Made by a program: the position numbers and the translations under genes. DNA of 64,000 nt from Thermoproteota archaeon (GTDB lineage: Archaea > Korarchaeota > Korarchaeia > Korarchaeales > Korarchaeaceae), in the NCBI GenBank assembly GCA_027491915.1, contig JAOZGC010000001.1, forward strand, positions 32,001 through 96,000. The letters run 5' to 3'. Below, piece by piece: positions 1 to 8,181 of the stretch. A model generated the notes under the pieces. That model did no database searches. It saw nothing but the letters and a program-made list of their open reading frames with translations, and was not told where the DNA came from. Each line of letters starts with the position of its first letter. The first letter of the stretch is position 1.

Positions 1-71
1 GGGGCATCCGTCTCCCCGGCCATAATCGAGTCCAACCTATATCGGATCTCTTCCCTCATGTCGGAGCCCAT
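1..71 (-). CDS. 5' end of a gene running off the left edge (MGSDMREEIRYRLDSIMAGETDA...)
   Basis: ATG at 71 about 25 nt downstream of a minus-strand TTTTATAT box (95-102); frame open to the window edge. Confidence 0.4.
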   Translation of the reverse strand, partial: MGSDMREEIRYRLDSIMAGETDA

Positions 72-114
72 CGTCCCGACTTCCGCGGCACGGCATATAA
101 AACGCCGGCCGCGA

Positions 115-909
115 TCAGGCGAGCTTTATCGCGCGCACCCTGATCTCGTCGTACTCGTCCCCGGAGACGATGCACTTGGTCTCTTCCGCTATGGTGGGCT
201 CTCCGAAGACTCCTCCTATGAATCCGGCCAGGACCCCCCTTATGTACTGGCTGTAGGGTCCCCTGGCTCCCCTGATCTTCCCCATCTCGCATTCCAAGGA
301 GCCGGTTATCCTGACGGTGGCCCTCTCATCCCCCTCGTCGTACTCTACCAGCTCGAAGGATCTGATCCAGTTCATGGCCCTTATTATGGAGAGGGCGGCC
401 TCCACGAGATCCCTGCCCCTCAACCCCGTCTTCTCCTCCCAGAAGGGTTGAACCGCGTTCCCCGCACCGTACCCCATGTGGTACAGGAAGGCCTCCCCCG
501 CCGCGCCCCACTGAGACCTGACCGATTCGAGCAGCCTGTAGAACCACTCCCACCTCATCACCGAGGCGGGCATCCCCAACACCGTGAATCCGGGGCTCAG
601 GTCGTTGATCACGATGCCGCCGGCCCTCATCCCGCCGACGTCCACCTCGACGACCCCGGGGGTGGACCTCAACTTCCCCAGCAGGTCGACCAGGTCCATC
701 CTTACCTCGGACAGGTCGGCGAAGAACACCCACTCCCCCTCGTCCTCCCCAGGTTCGGCCGAGTGGGCGCCGTTCAGCACGTTAACCCCGGCCTCCTGGA
801 GGATCGAGGCCACCTCCGCTATCGCCCCGGGCCTGTTCACCATCCTGACCCTGAAGGCCCTCACGTCCCTCAATCCCTTGCCTCTCGCCAGCAGCGGGAA
901 CTCCACCAA
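115..909 (-). CDS. ACT domain + V4R (4-vinyl reductase) domain ligand-binding protein
   Basis: N-terminal NRPGAIAEVASIL (ACT); C-terminal SLECE...YIRGVLAGFIGG...EETKCIVSG (V4R). Confidence 0.8.
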   Translation of the reverse strand: MVEFPLLARGKGLRDVRAFRVRMVNRPGAIAEVASILQEAGVNVLNGAHSAEPGEDEGEWVFFADLSEVRMDLVDLLGKLRSTPGVVEVDVGGMRAGGIVINDLSPGFTVLGMPASVMRWEWFYRLLESVRSQWGAAGEAFLYHMGYGAGNAVQPFWEEKTGLRGRDLVEAALSIIRAMNWIRSFELVEYDEGDERATVRITGSLECEMGKIRGARGPYSQYIRGVLAGFIGGVFGEPTIAEETKCIVSGDEYDEIRVRAIKLA

Positions 910-915
910 CGGCCC

Positions 916-1608
916 TCACCTCATGGGCCCTATTACCTCGAATCCGCGTTCCGTTATGGCCACCCTGTAGTACTCCCTCCTGTGGTCGGAGAGCCTGAGC
1001 TTGACCACCGTCATCCTAGTCACCAGGCCTCCCCCCGACGGGACGTGCTCCAATATAATCAGCCCGTCCGCCACGAATTCCTCCACCCCGACGCCCGCGG
1101 CCCCCCCGAGCATGGGTATCTCGGAGAGGAATATCCCCAGCATCTCCCTGTTGTGGACCATCCTCGCCAGCGTAACCACGACGGACCTTACCTCCCTGGG
1201 AGTCAGGAACTGTGTGAGGGCAGATATGCTGTCGACCACCAGGACCCTGGGGCTGAAGACCTCCACCTCCCCGAATATCCTCTCCAGGACCCTCTTGGTG
1301 TAGACCGGGTCGCCCACCCCCGGGGGAAGCTCCTCGAACCTGACCATCCCCTCCCTCTCGTACTCACCAAAATCCATGTTCAGGGTCCTGAAGAACAGCT
1401 TTATGTGCTCGGCGGGATCGGTCAGGGTCAGGTAGACCGCCTTCTCGCCGCGGCTCACCGCCCGATAGGCGATCTGCCCGGCCAGGGTGGTCTTCCCCGT
1501 GCCGGGATGACCCGCCACCAGGAGCACGGTGGGCAGGGGGATCCCCCCGCCGAGGACCTCGTCTAGACCGGGCACCCCGGTGGAGAACCTCGGGATCTGA
1601 GAACCCAT
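916..1608 (-). CDS. KaiC/RAD55-like RecA-superfamily ATPase, single domain
   Basis: STGVPGLDEVLGGG, Walker A GHPGTGKT, Walker B VVDSIS, ADGLIILE, VVKLR. Confidence 0.9.
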   Translation of the reverse strand: MGSQIPRFSTGVPGLDEVLGGGIPLPTVLLVAGHPGTGKTTLAGQIAYRAVSRGEKAVYLTLTDPAEHIKLFFRTLNMDFGEYEREGMVRFEELPPGVGDPVYTKRVLERIFGEVEVFSPRVLVVDSISALTQFLTPREVRSVVVTLARMVHNREMLGIFLSEIPMLGGAAGVGVEEFVADGLIILEHVPSGGGLVTRMTVVKLRLSDHRREYYRVAITERGFEVIGPMR

Positions 1609-1655
1609 GGCATCCTCCGGGAGCTCCGGTCTCCACATTTAAAAAATGACGACGC

Positions 1656-2237
1656 TCACAGGGTCTTTCTATTCCCACCAATCGCTTTAATGTTAAACTC
1701 GGGAGAGAACTCCCCCCCGGATCTCCCCAGGCCCAGTACCCTGGGGAAGAGGGAGGCCATGGCGGCCACGTACTCCTTGGGGTTGGATCCCTCATTGATC
1801 ATTGCCAGGAGGCCGACCGACCTCTCCCTGGCCTCGGATGAGATCAACCTGACGAGTCTGTAGGTCTCCGCGAATCCGACTAGGAGTACCAGGTCCGTCA
1901 GGTCGTCCATCAGTATCACGGCCCCTGGTCCGAGGAGCGACATGACCTCCGAGACCTTCGCCGCTATCAGCACCGGGTCGGCCGGCACCGTTTCGTACCC
2001 GGCCTCCCGGGTGGGCCTCGCGCCTCCCACCGTTATCGCTACGAGGGCGTCTGCCGCGTCTCGGAGTCTCTCCCAGAGTGCGGAACTCCTCCTGGAGACG
2101 AGACCCAGCTTGGCGCCTCTACCGACGATCTCGCCGACGATAGAGGTCACGAGGTCCACCGCCCCGTCCCTCTCGCCGTAGATCAGCAGCGCGGCGTCTC
2201 CCCGAGAGATAAGTCCCACCGTCAACGGACTCCCCAC
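1656..2237 (-). CDS. Degenerate KaiC-like / DUF835-like protein
   Basis: VILMDDLTDLVLLVGFAETYRLV resembles the inactive KaiC fold; no Walker A; adjacent to the KaiC gene. Confidence 0.55.
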   Translation of the reverse strand: MGSPLTVGLISRGDAALLIYGERDGAVDLVTSIVGEIVGRGAKLGLVSRRSSALWERLRDAADALVAITVGGARPTREAGYETVPADPVLIAAKVSEVMSLLGPGAVILMDDLTDLVLLVGFAETYRLVRLISSEARERSVGLLAMINEGSNPKEYVAAMASLFPRVLGLGRSGGEFSPEFNIKAIGGNRKTL

Positions 2238-2298
2238 TCCCTCCGATCGGGCGGCCGAAGCCGGGGCCTAAGGTCGACGCAAATAAAAATATCGGCGA

Positions 2299-3216
2299 CT
2301 AGGGACGGAGTATCTCCACCCTCAATCCCGCCTCTCTGATCCGGGCCACCAGCGCCTCCAGATCCCTCTGTCCGATAAGCCTTGCGCCCGCGGCGTGCCG
2401 ATGTCCCCCCCCGCCGAACGACCTCGCCAGCTCAAGGGCCGTTACGTCGGATCCTCCCCTCGATCTGAGCGACACCCTGTAGGCTTCTCCGGAAGACGGC
2501 CCTATGGTCCCGATCAGGTCGGCCGCCCCGGTCAAAGTCGACAGGGCCACGACCCCCAGGTATCCCGGCGCATCCCTCAGGTCTACCAGGATGGCCGTTC
2601 CGTCTCCCTCTCCGCGGAATCTGATCTTCTCCACCCTGGAGAGCAGGTCTCCGGCCTCGGATCTTATGATCTCAAGCTCCTTCTTTATGGTCGGGAGACC
2701 CACAAGGTCCCCCTCTTCGGCGGGTCGGACCCTGAGGATCTCATCCACCACCCTGGACAGGCGCGTCCGCCTGGTCCGAAAGATGCGCTTCACGGCCGCC
2801 GCGAACCTGGCCCCCTCCATCCCGAGCTCTCCGGAGTCCACCCTTGACGTGAGTTCCACCGTAGCCCCCATGCCCGGATGCTCGTCCGGCTCGCTCCTCA
2901 TCAACAGCTCTGCCGCGGATCGGGCGTTCGGATCCACCACCTCCAGCCTCGCCCGCGACGTCCCCCGCCGCCGGTGGGGGTGGTGATCCACCCAGACCTC
3001 GGCCCCTCCCCGAGGCAGTGGGAGATCCAGCACGGCGCCCCATTCCCTCTCAGAGACGAGGGCCTCGCTCGGGGCGGCGAAGCTCACCCTGACGTCCTCG
3101 ATCGACTGGACCAGCAGGGCCGCCGACACGAGCCCGTCCAGGTCCTCCCCGTGCGTCAAGATCTTGAGGGGAGGTCCCCGGCCTGACGACCTGAGGAACT
3201 CGGAGGGGCCGACCAT
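2299..3216 (-). CDS. DHH/DHHA1 family phosphoesterase
   Basis: THGEDLDG, DLP, VDHH and GGGHRHAAG motifs; start trimmed to ATG 3216. Confidence 0.85.
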   Translation of the reverse strand: MVGPSEFLRSSGRGPPLKILTHGEDLDGLVSAALLVQSIEDVRVSFAAPSEALVSEREWGAVLDLPLPRGGAEVWVDHHPHRRRGTSRARLEVVDPNARSAAELLMRSEPDEHPGMGATVELTSRVDSGELGMEGARFAAAVKRIFRTRRTRLSRVVDEILRVRPAEEGDLVGLPTIKKELEIIRSEAGDLLSRVEKIRFRGEGDGTAILVDLRDAPGYLGVVALSTLTGAADLIGTIGPSSGEAYRVSLRSRGGSDVTALELARSFGGGGHRHAAGARLIGQRDLEALVARIREAGLRVEILRP

Positions 3217-3269
3217 CGGGCGCGCCGTCGGCGGCGAGTTCATAACTGTTGGGCTCGCCCACAGGCGGG

Positions 3270-3716
3270 ATGGGCAGGAAGGTCCTGGTCGCCGGAACCT
3301 TCGACATCGTGCACCCCGGACACGTGAGGATGCTCTCCAGCGCAAAGAGGATGGCGGGCCCCGACGGGGAGCTGGTGGTCGTCGTGGCGCGGGATTCCAA
3401 CGTCAGGCGCTTCAAGGGCAGGGATCCCATCCTGCCGGAGGAGGAGAGGCTGTTTGTGGTGTCGAGCCTGAAGCCCGTCGACAGGGCCATACTCGGAGAT
3501 CCAAACGACCCCATCAACTCCGTCCTCAGGGAGAAACCCGACGTGATCGCCCTAGGCTACGATCAGTGGCCCGACGAGGGGGAGCTGGAGCGCAGACTCA
3601 GGGAGGCCGGGCTGCGCGCGTCGATCGTGAGGCTCCCGAAGTTCCCCTGCGAGCACGACTCGACGACCGACATAGTGGAGAGGATCGTCAGGATATTCTG
3701 CAAAGATTCCAGATAA
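3270..3716 (+). CDS. ribL: FAD synthase (cytidylyltransferase fold)
   Basis: AGTFDIVHPGH, VVVARD, KPDVIALGYDQ, STT motifs. Confidence 0.85.
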   Translation: MGRKVLVAGTFDIVHPGHVRMLSSAKRMAGPDGELVVVVARDSNVRRFKGRDPILPEEERLFVVSSLKPVDRAILGDPNDPINSVLREKPDVIALGYDQWPDEGELERRLREAGLRASIVRLPKFPCEHDSTTDIVERIVRIFCKDSR

Positions 3717-3922
3717 TTGAAAAAAAGGATGAATTATCCGGAAATTGTGTCGAATATGGGAGACCAGAAGCGATATATACCGGATCTCCCCCGCCGCCGG
3801 GGGGCGCCGGCGGCCTTCTGCGGCATCCCTCGCGCCGGCGGCCCGGCGCCCCCGCCCAGACGCGCCCACCTTTTTTATCGCGGGGGGCCGGGCTCCGCGG
3901 GCACAGGAGGTGTAGGTCCGAC

Positions 3923-5599
3923 TTGGGCAGGTGGATAGTGGCCAGCGCCTGGCCCTACGCGTATTCCATCCCCCACCTGGGGAACCTCATAGGGGCGCCC
4001 CTCTCGGCCGACGTCTTCGCCAGGTTCCTCAGGAAGATGGGGGAGGAGGTGGTCTTCGTCTCGGGAAGCGACGAACACGGGACTCCCATAGAGGCGGAGG
4101 CGCGGAGGAGGGGGATACATCCGAGGGAGCTCACGGACGAGATGCACGAGAGGCTCAGGGACCTGTTCCGGAGGTTCGGCATAAGCTACGACAATTACAC
4201 CCGGACCGAGAGTCCCGTGCACGTCGACTTCGTCAGGGACTTCTACTCCAAGGTCTACGACAACGGGTACGTCTTCGAGAGGGAGGTGGAGCAGCTCTAC
4301 TGCCCGAACTGTCGGATGTTCCTCCCGGACAGGTTCGTCACCGGGACCTGCCCATACTGCGGCAATCCGTCCGCCTACGGGGATCAGTGCGACAGGTGCG
4401 GGAAGCTCCTGAAGCCGACCGACCTGATAGGCCCCAGGTGCGTCTTCTGCGGATCGACCCCGGTGCTGAGGAGGACCAAGCACTGGTTCTTCGACCTCCC
4501 CAGGTTCGCCGGCCCCCTCGAGGATTACGTGTCGGGGAACGAACGCCTCCCGGACAACGCGAGGAACATGTCCCTCGCCATGATAAGGGAGGGGCTGGAG
4601 CCCAGGTCGCTCACCAGGGACAACTCCTGGGGAATCCCCGCCCCCTTCCCGGGGGCCGAGGGAAAGACCATATACGTCTGGATGGAGGCGGTGCTGGGCT
4701 ACGTCTCCGCCGTCAGGGAGTGGGCCGAGGAGGCGGGGGATCCCGCCGCCTTCGACACGTACTGGAAGTCGCCCGACACCAGGGCGGTCTACTTCATAGG
4801 GAAGGACAACATCCCCTTCCACGTGATAATACTCCCGGCCCTCCTGATGGCCAGCGGCGAGGGGTACGTCCTCCCCTACAACGTGGCCTCGACCGAGTTC
4901 CTCATGTACGAGGGGATGAAGTTCTCCAAGTCGAAGGGGGTGGGGATATGGATGGACGAGGCGCTGGATCTCCTGGAGCCCGACTACTGGAGGTACTACC
5001 TGCTGGCGACCAGGCCCGAGAGGAAGGACGCCAACTTCAGCTGGTCCGACTTCGAGGAGAAGATAAACGGCGAGCTCAACGACGTCCTGGGGAACTTCGT
5101 CCACAGGGTGCTCACCTTCGTGAGGTCCAGGTTCGGCGGGGTGGTCCCGGACGGCGAGATCGATGGGGAATCCTCGGAGACCCTGGCCGAGGCCAGGTCC
5201 CACGCTGAGAGGTCCCTGGAGGAGATGAAGGGTTTCAGAATGAGGAGATCCCTCCAGGAGGTCATGGAGGTGGCCAGGATCGGGAACAGGTACCTCAACT
5301 CCAGGGCCCCCTGGGACCAGATCCGGGTGGACAGGGAGGCGGCCGCCGCGACCATCAGGACGGCCGTCTCCATGGTTAAGATGCTGTCCGTCTTCATAGA
5401 GCCCTTCCTGCCCTTCTCCGCCGAGAAGATCTGGGGCATGCTGGCCCTGGACGGGGACGTCCACAGGGTGACCTACGGTGAGGCCTTCAACCCGGTGCCC
5501 GGGGGGCACGAGATAGGGGAGCCGAGGCCCCTCTTCTCCAAGGTCTCGAGGGAGGACCTCATCGCCAGGCTAGAGGAGATCAGGAGGGATCGGGGTTAG
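3923..5599 (+). CDS. metG: Methionine--tRNA ligase, short form without C-terminal tRNA-binding domain
   Basis: WPYA...HLGN, GSDEHG, Zn knuckles, GKDNIPFH, KFSKS; TTG start after GGAGGTG. Confidence 0.95.
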   Translation: MGRWIVASAWPYAYSIPHLGNLIGAPLSADVFARFLRKMGEEVVFVSGSDEHGTPIEAEARRRGIHPRELTDEMHERLRDLFRRFGISYDNYTRTESPVHVDFVRDFYSKVYDNGYVFEREVEQLYCPNCRMFLPDRFVTGTCPYCGNPSAYGDQCDRCGKLLKPTDLIGPRCVFCGSTPVLRRTKHWFFDLPRFAGPLEDYVSGNERLPDNARNMSLAMIREGLEPRSLTRDNSWGIPAPFPGAEGKTIYVWMEAVLGYVSAVREWAEEAGDPAAFDTYWKSPDTRAVYFIGKDNIPFHVIILPALLMASGEGYVLPYNVASTEFLMYEGMKFSKSKGVGIWMDEALDLLEPDYWRYYLLATRPERKDANFSWSDFEEKINGELNDVLGNFVHRVLTFVRSRFGGVVPDGEIDGESSETLAEARSHAERSLEEMKGFRMRRSLQEVMEVARIGNRYLNSRAPWDQIRVDREAAAATIRTAVSMVKMLSVFIEPFLPFSAEKIWGMLALDGDVHRVTYGEAFNPVPGGHEIGEPRPLFSKVSREDLIARLEEIRRDRG

Positions 5600-5625
5600 C
5601 GGTTGGGGCCGGCCGCCGGCGCCCC

Positions 5626-6438
5626 TCAGTCCCCCTCCCCTCCCCCGCTCTCCTGGGCCCTGTGGACGACCACCCTGAAGCTCACCGTGGACTTGGCTAT
5701 CGGGTGGCCCGGGGCGCCGACCACCAGCTTAACCTCCTCGGTCCAATTTCTGAACGCCTTCACCGTGTAGTTCATCTCGGCGTAGCCGTCCGCGTCCGTC
5801 TTACCCGGATCTGGGCTGAACCACCCCAGCCCGGCCCTCTTCATGCCCGAGACGGGCCACACCCTGGCCCCCCCGACGGGCCTCCCCAGCTCGTTGAGCA
5901 CCCTCACCCTCAGGACGACCGTCACGTTGGGCGCCGTGCTTATGTTGGTCGAGTTCGGTCCCAGCGTGACGTTCACCTCCTCGGGGGTGACCGACGCCTC
6001 GACCGAGAGATTCCCACCGTAGTACACCGTGAACGGCTCGTCGACCGTGACGTCCCTTCCAGCCAGGGTGGCGGTCACCCTGACGACGTGCAGTCCAACG
6101 GAGTACCTGCCCTCGAGCGCGGTCAGCCTCAGGATTCCCCGACTCCCGTTGAGGTGGAAGCTCTCTATCTCCCTGAGCTGCGGGCCCTGCAGCACGTGGA
6201 CGGTGACGTCAGAGGCCTCGGATGGTGCGTTGACCGAGACGGTGAAGTTTCCGTTGAGGGGGACGTTCCTCGGGTCCACGGCCACGGATACCGGCGGGGG
6301 GGCCCACAGGAATCGGGGCATCACCAGCAGCAGTACTCCGAGACCGACTGCCAGGGCCAGCGAGGCGTACAGCTTAATGTCTCTTCCCTCAGCGCCTTCC
6401 CGCAATCCAGATCGCCGATCCTGGGGGGCCCTATACAT
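5626..6438 (-). CDS. Membrane-anchored Ig-like (Big_1/invasin-like) surface protein
   Basis: N-terminal TM helix, many N-x-S/T sequons, VLNELGRPVGGARV...KTDADGYA pattern. Confidence 0.6.
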   Translation of the reverse strand: MYRAPQDRRSGLREGAEGRDIKLYASLALAVGLGVLLLVMPRFLWAPPPVSVAVDPRNVPLNGNFTVSVNAPSEASDVTVHVLQGPQLREIESFHLNGSRGILRLTALEGRYSVGLHVVRVTATLAGRDVTVDEPFTVYYGGNLSVEASVTPEEVNVTLGPNSTNISTAPNVTVVLRVRVLNELGRPVGGARVWPVSGMKRAGLGWFSPDPGKTDADGYAEMNYTVKAFRNWTEEVKLVVGAPGHPIAKSTVSFRVVVHRAQESGGGEGD

Positions 6439-6494
6439 TAAGCTTGCCCCCTCCCATGCTTATTTATCTCCCCTCCCCCCTGCCCGGGAGCGAC

Positions 6495-7604
6495 TTGAAG
6501 AGGCTATCCCCCAAGTACCAGGGAAGGCTGGAGTTCCTGGAGTCACCCAGGTACATACTCTTCGGTCCCGGGGCCATCGAGAAGTCGGCCGAGACCCTGA
6601 TGGCGCTGGGAATCTCCGGCAAGGCCCTCATAGTGACCGGCGGTCCGAAGACCGAGAAGATAGCGTGGAAGCTGGGCGAGGCCCTGGAGCAGGAGGGTCA
6701 CCCCTTCCACCTGTTCAGGATAGGGGAGGGGGAGCCCACCCCGAGGGTCGTAGAGGGGGCCGCGGAGGCGGCCAGGAGGGAGGGCTGCTCCTTCGTCGTG
6801 GCCGTGGGAGGGGGCAGGGCGCTCGACGTCGGCAAGCTGGCCAGCCACTGGGTCGGGATGAAGTACCTCTCCGTCCCCACCTCCGCCAGCCACGACGGAA
6901 TGGCCTCCCCCTCCGTCGGTTTCCTGCTGTCCCGCGCCGTCTCGGAGTACAGGGGGCCCGAGTGGGCCAGGCCGGAGTCGCCGACCGCCGTCATAGCAGA
7001 CACGGAGGTCATAAAGAACGCCCCCGACTGGACCATGAGGGCCGGTTTCGGGGACTTGATCGCCAAGTTCACCGCGGTTAGGGACTGGGAGCTGGCCCAC
7101 AGGCTGAAGGACGAACCGTACAGCGAGTACGCGGCCTCGATGTCCCTGCTGAGCGCGCGCCTCGCCGTCGAGCACGCGGGAGACCTGAAGCCCGGGCTGG
7201 AGGAGAGCGTGAGGCTGCTGGTCAAGGCCCTGATAGGGAGCGGCGTGGCCATAAGCATAGCGGGATCCAGCAGGCCGGCCAGCGGGAGCGAGCACCTGTT
7301 CAGCCACGCGATAGACCTCCTATCTCAGCGGGAAGGAGTCTCCAGGGCACCTCACGGTATACAGTGCGGCCTGGGGGCCATCATGATGGCATACCTCCAG
7401 GGTCAGGACTGGAGGATGATAAGATCGAAGCTCGAGGAGGCGGGCGCCCCGATCACCGCGCGGGAGGCGGGCCTCGACCCGGAGGTCGTCGTTAGGGCCC
7501 TTACCCTGGCCCACAGGGTGAGGGACAGGTACACCATACTGGGGGAGACGGGGCTCACAGAGAGCGCGGCCAGGAAGCTGGCCGAGAGGACCGGGGTCAT
7601 ATGA
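6495..7604 (+). CDS. egsA: sn-glycerol-1-phosphate dehydrogenase
   Basis: GGGRALDVGK, PTSASHDG, SRPASGSEH, HGIQCG. Confidence 0.95.
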   Translation: MKRLSPKYQGRLEFLESPRYILFGPGAIEKSAETLMALGISGKALIVTGGPKTEKIAWKLGEALEQEGHPFHLFRIGEGEPTPRVVEGAAEAARREGCSFVVAVGGGRALDVGKLASHWVGMKYLSVPTSASHDGMASPSVGFLLSRAVSEYRGPEWARPESPTAVIADTEVIKNAPDWTMRAGFGDLIAKFTAVRDWELAHRLKDEPYSEYAASMSLLSARLAVEHAGDLKPGLEESVRLLVKALIGSGVAISIAGSSRPASGSEHLFSHAIDLLSQREGVSRAPHGIQCGLGAIMMAYLQGQDWRMIRSKLEEAGAPITAREAGLDPEVVVRALTLAHRVRDRYTILGETGLTESAARKLAERTGVI

Positions 7605-8181
7605 GGCCCGCCGCCTTGAGGATCGCCAGCCTGGGGAGGATCGGCGCGGCGAGCATGGCCGCCCCGGCCGCGGAGCACCTGGGGCCGGCCGCCCTCCTGA
7701 CGAGGGCTCCGGCCGCGAGGGCGCCTCCGATCCAGCCGACGTCCGACAGTATCAGGGCAGCCCTCATCGCGGGCGGGCCGGCCGCGAAGGCCAGGACGAT
7801 CGGAGAAGGGGAATCCTCCACCACCCCGGGGGAGAGGGCCAGGGCCGCGAGGGCCGCCGCGCTGGCCGCCCCTGGAATCGCCAGCGCAATGCCCATGGAG
7901 GCCAAGATTCTCTTCCAGGTGGAACCCCACCTCAGCCCGCCGTCGGCGCCCTCCCCAACCACGAGCCCGGCGAGGAGGACGGCGGCGCCCTCAGCCCCGG
8001 CGGCCGCGGCCCAGGCCCCCGGGCTCCAGCCTGTCTCCAGCGCCATGGCCCTCCAGGCCAGAGCCCCCCGGAACGCCCCCAGCGCCAGGATCGAAACGGC
8101 GGCCAGGGTCGGCGTCCTCCACGTGGCCGTACCAGCCTCTATCCTCTCTATCTCGGCCTCCAGGGCATCCAACAACCTCAA
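7597..8181 (-). CDS. Hypothetical multi-pass membrane protein
   Basis: Several hydrophobic segments; start overlaps the ABCE1 stop. Confidence 0.55.
   Translation of the reverse strand: MRLLDALEAEIERIEAGTATWRTPTLAAVSILALGAFRGALAWRAMALETGWSPGAWAAAAGAEGAAVLLAGLVVGEGADGGLRWGSTWKRILASMGIALAIPGAASAAALAALALSPGVVEDSPSPIVLAFAAGPPAMRAALILSDVGWIGGALAAGALVRRAAGPRCSAAGAAMLAAPILPRLAILKAAGLI

Noticed and set aside
58-1566. Long alternative ORFs such as 58-1566(+), 3875-5509(-), 24677-26560(-), 29959-32580(-), 36336-38003(+) and 53557-55050(+)
   Set aside because: They are antisense shadows of well-supported genes, with Pro/His/Gly-rich composition typical of high-GC codon bias and no motifs.
3707-3743. 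AT-rich dyad as an Xer dif site
   Set aside because: Spacer length and arm ends do not fit the 11-6-11 TAA-N6-TTA layout.
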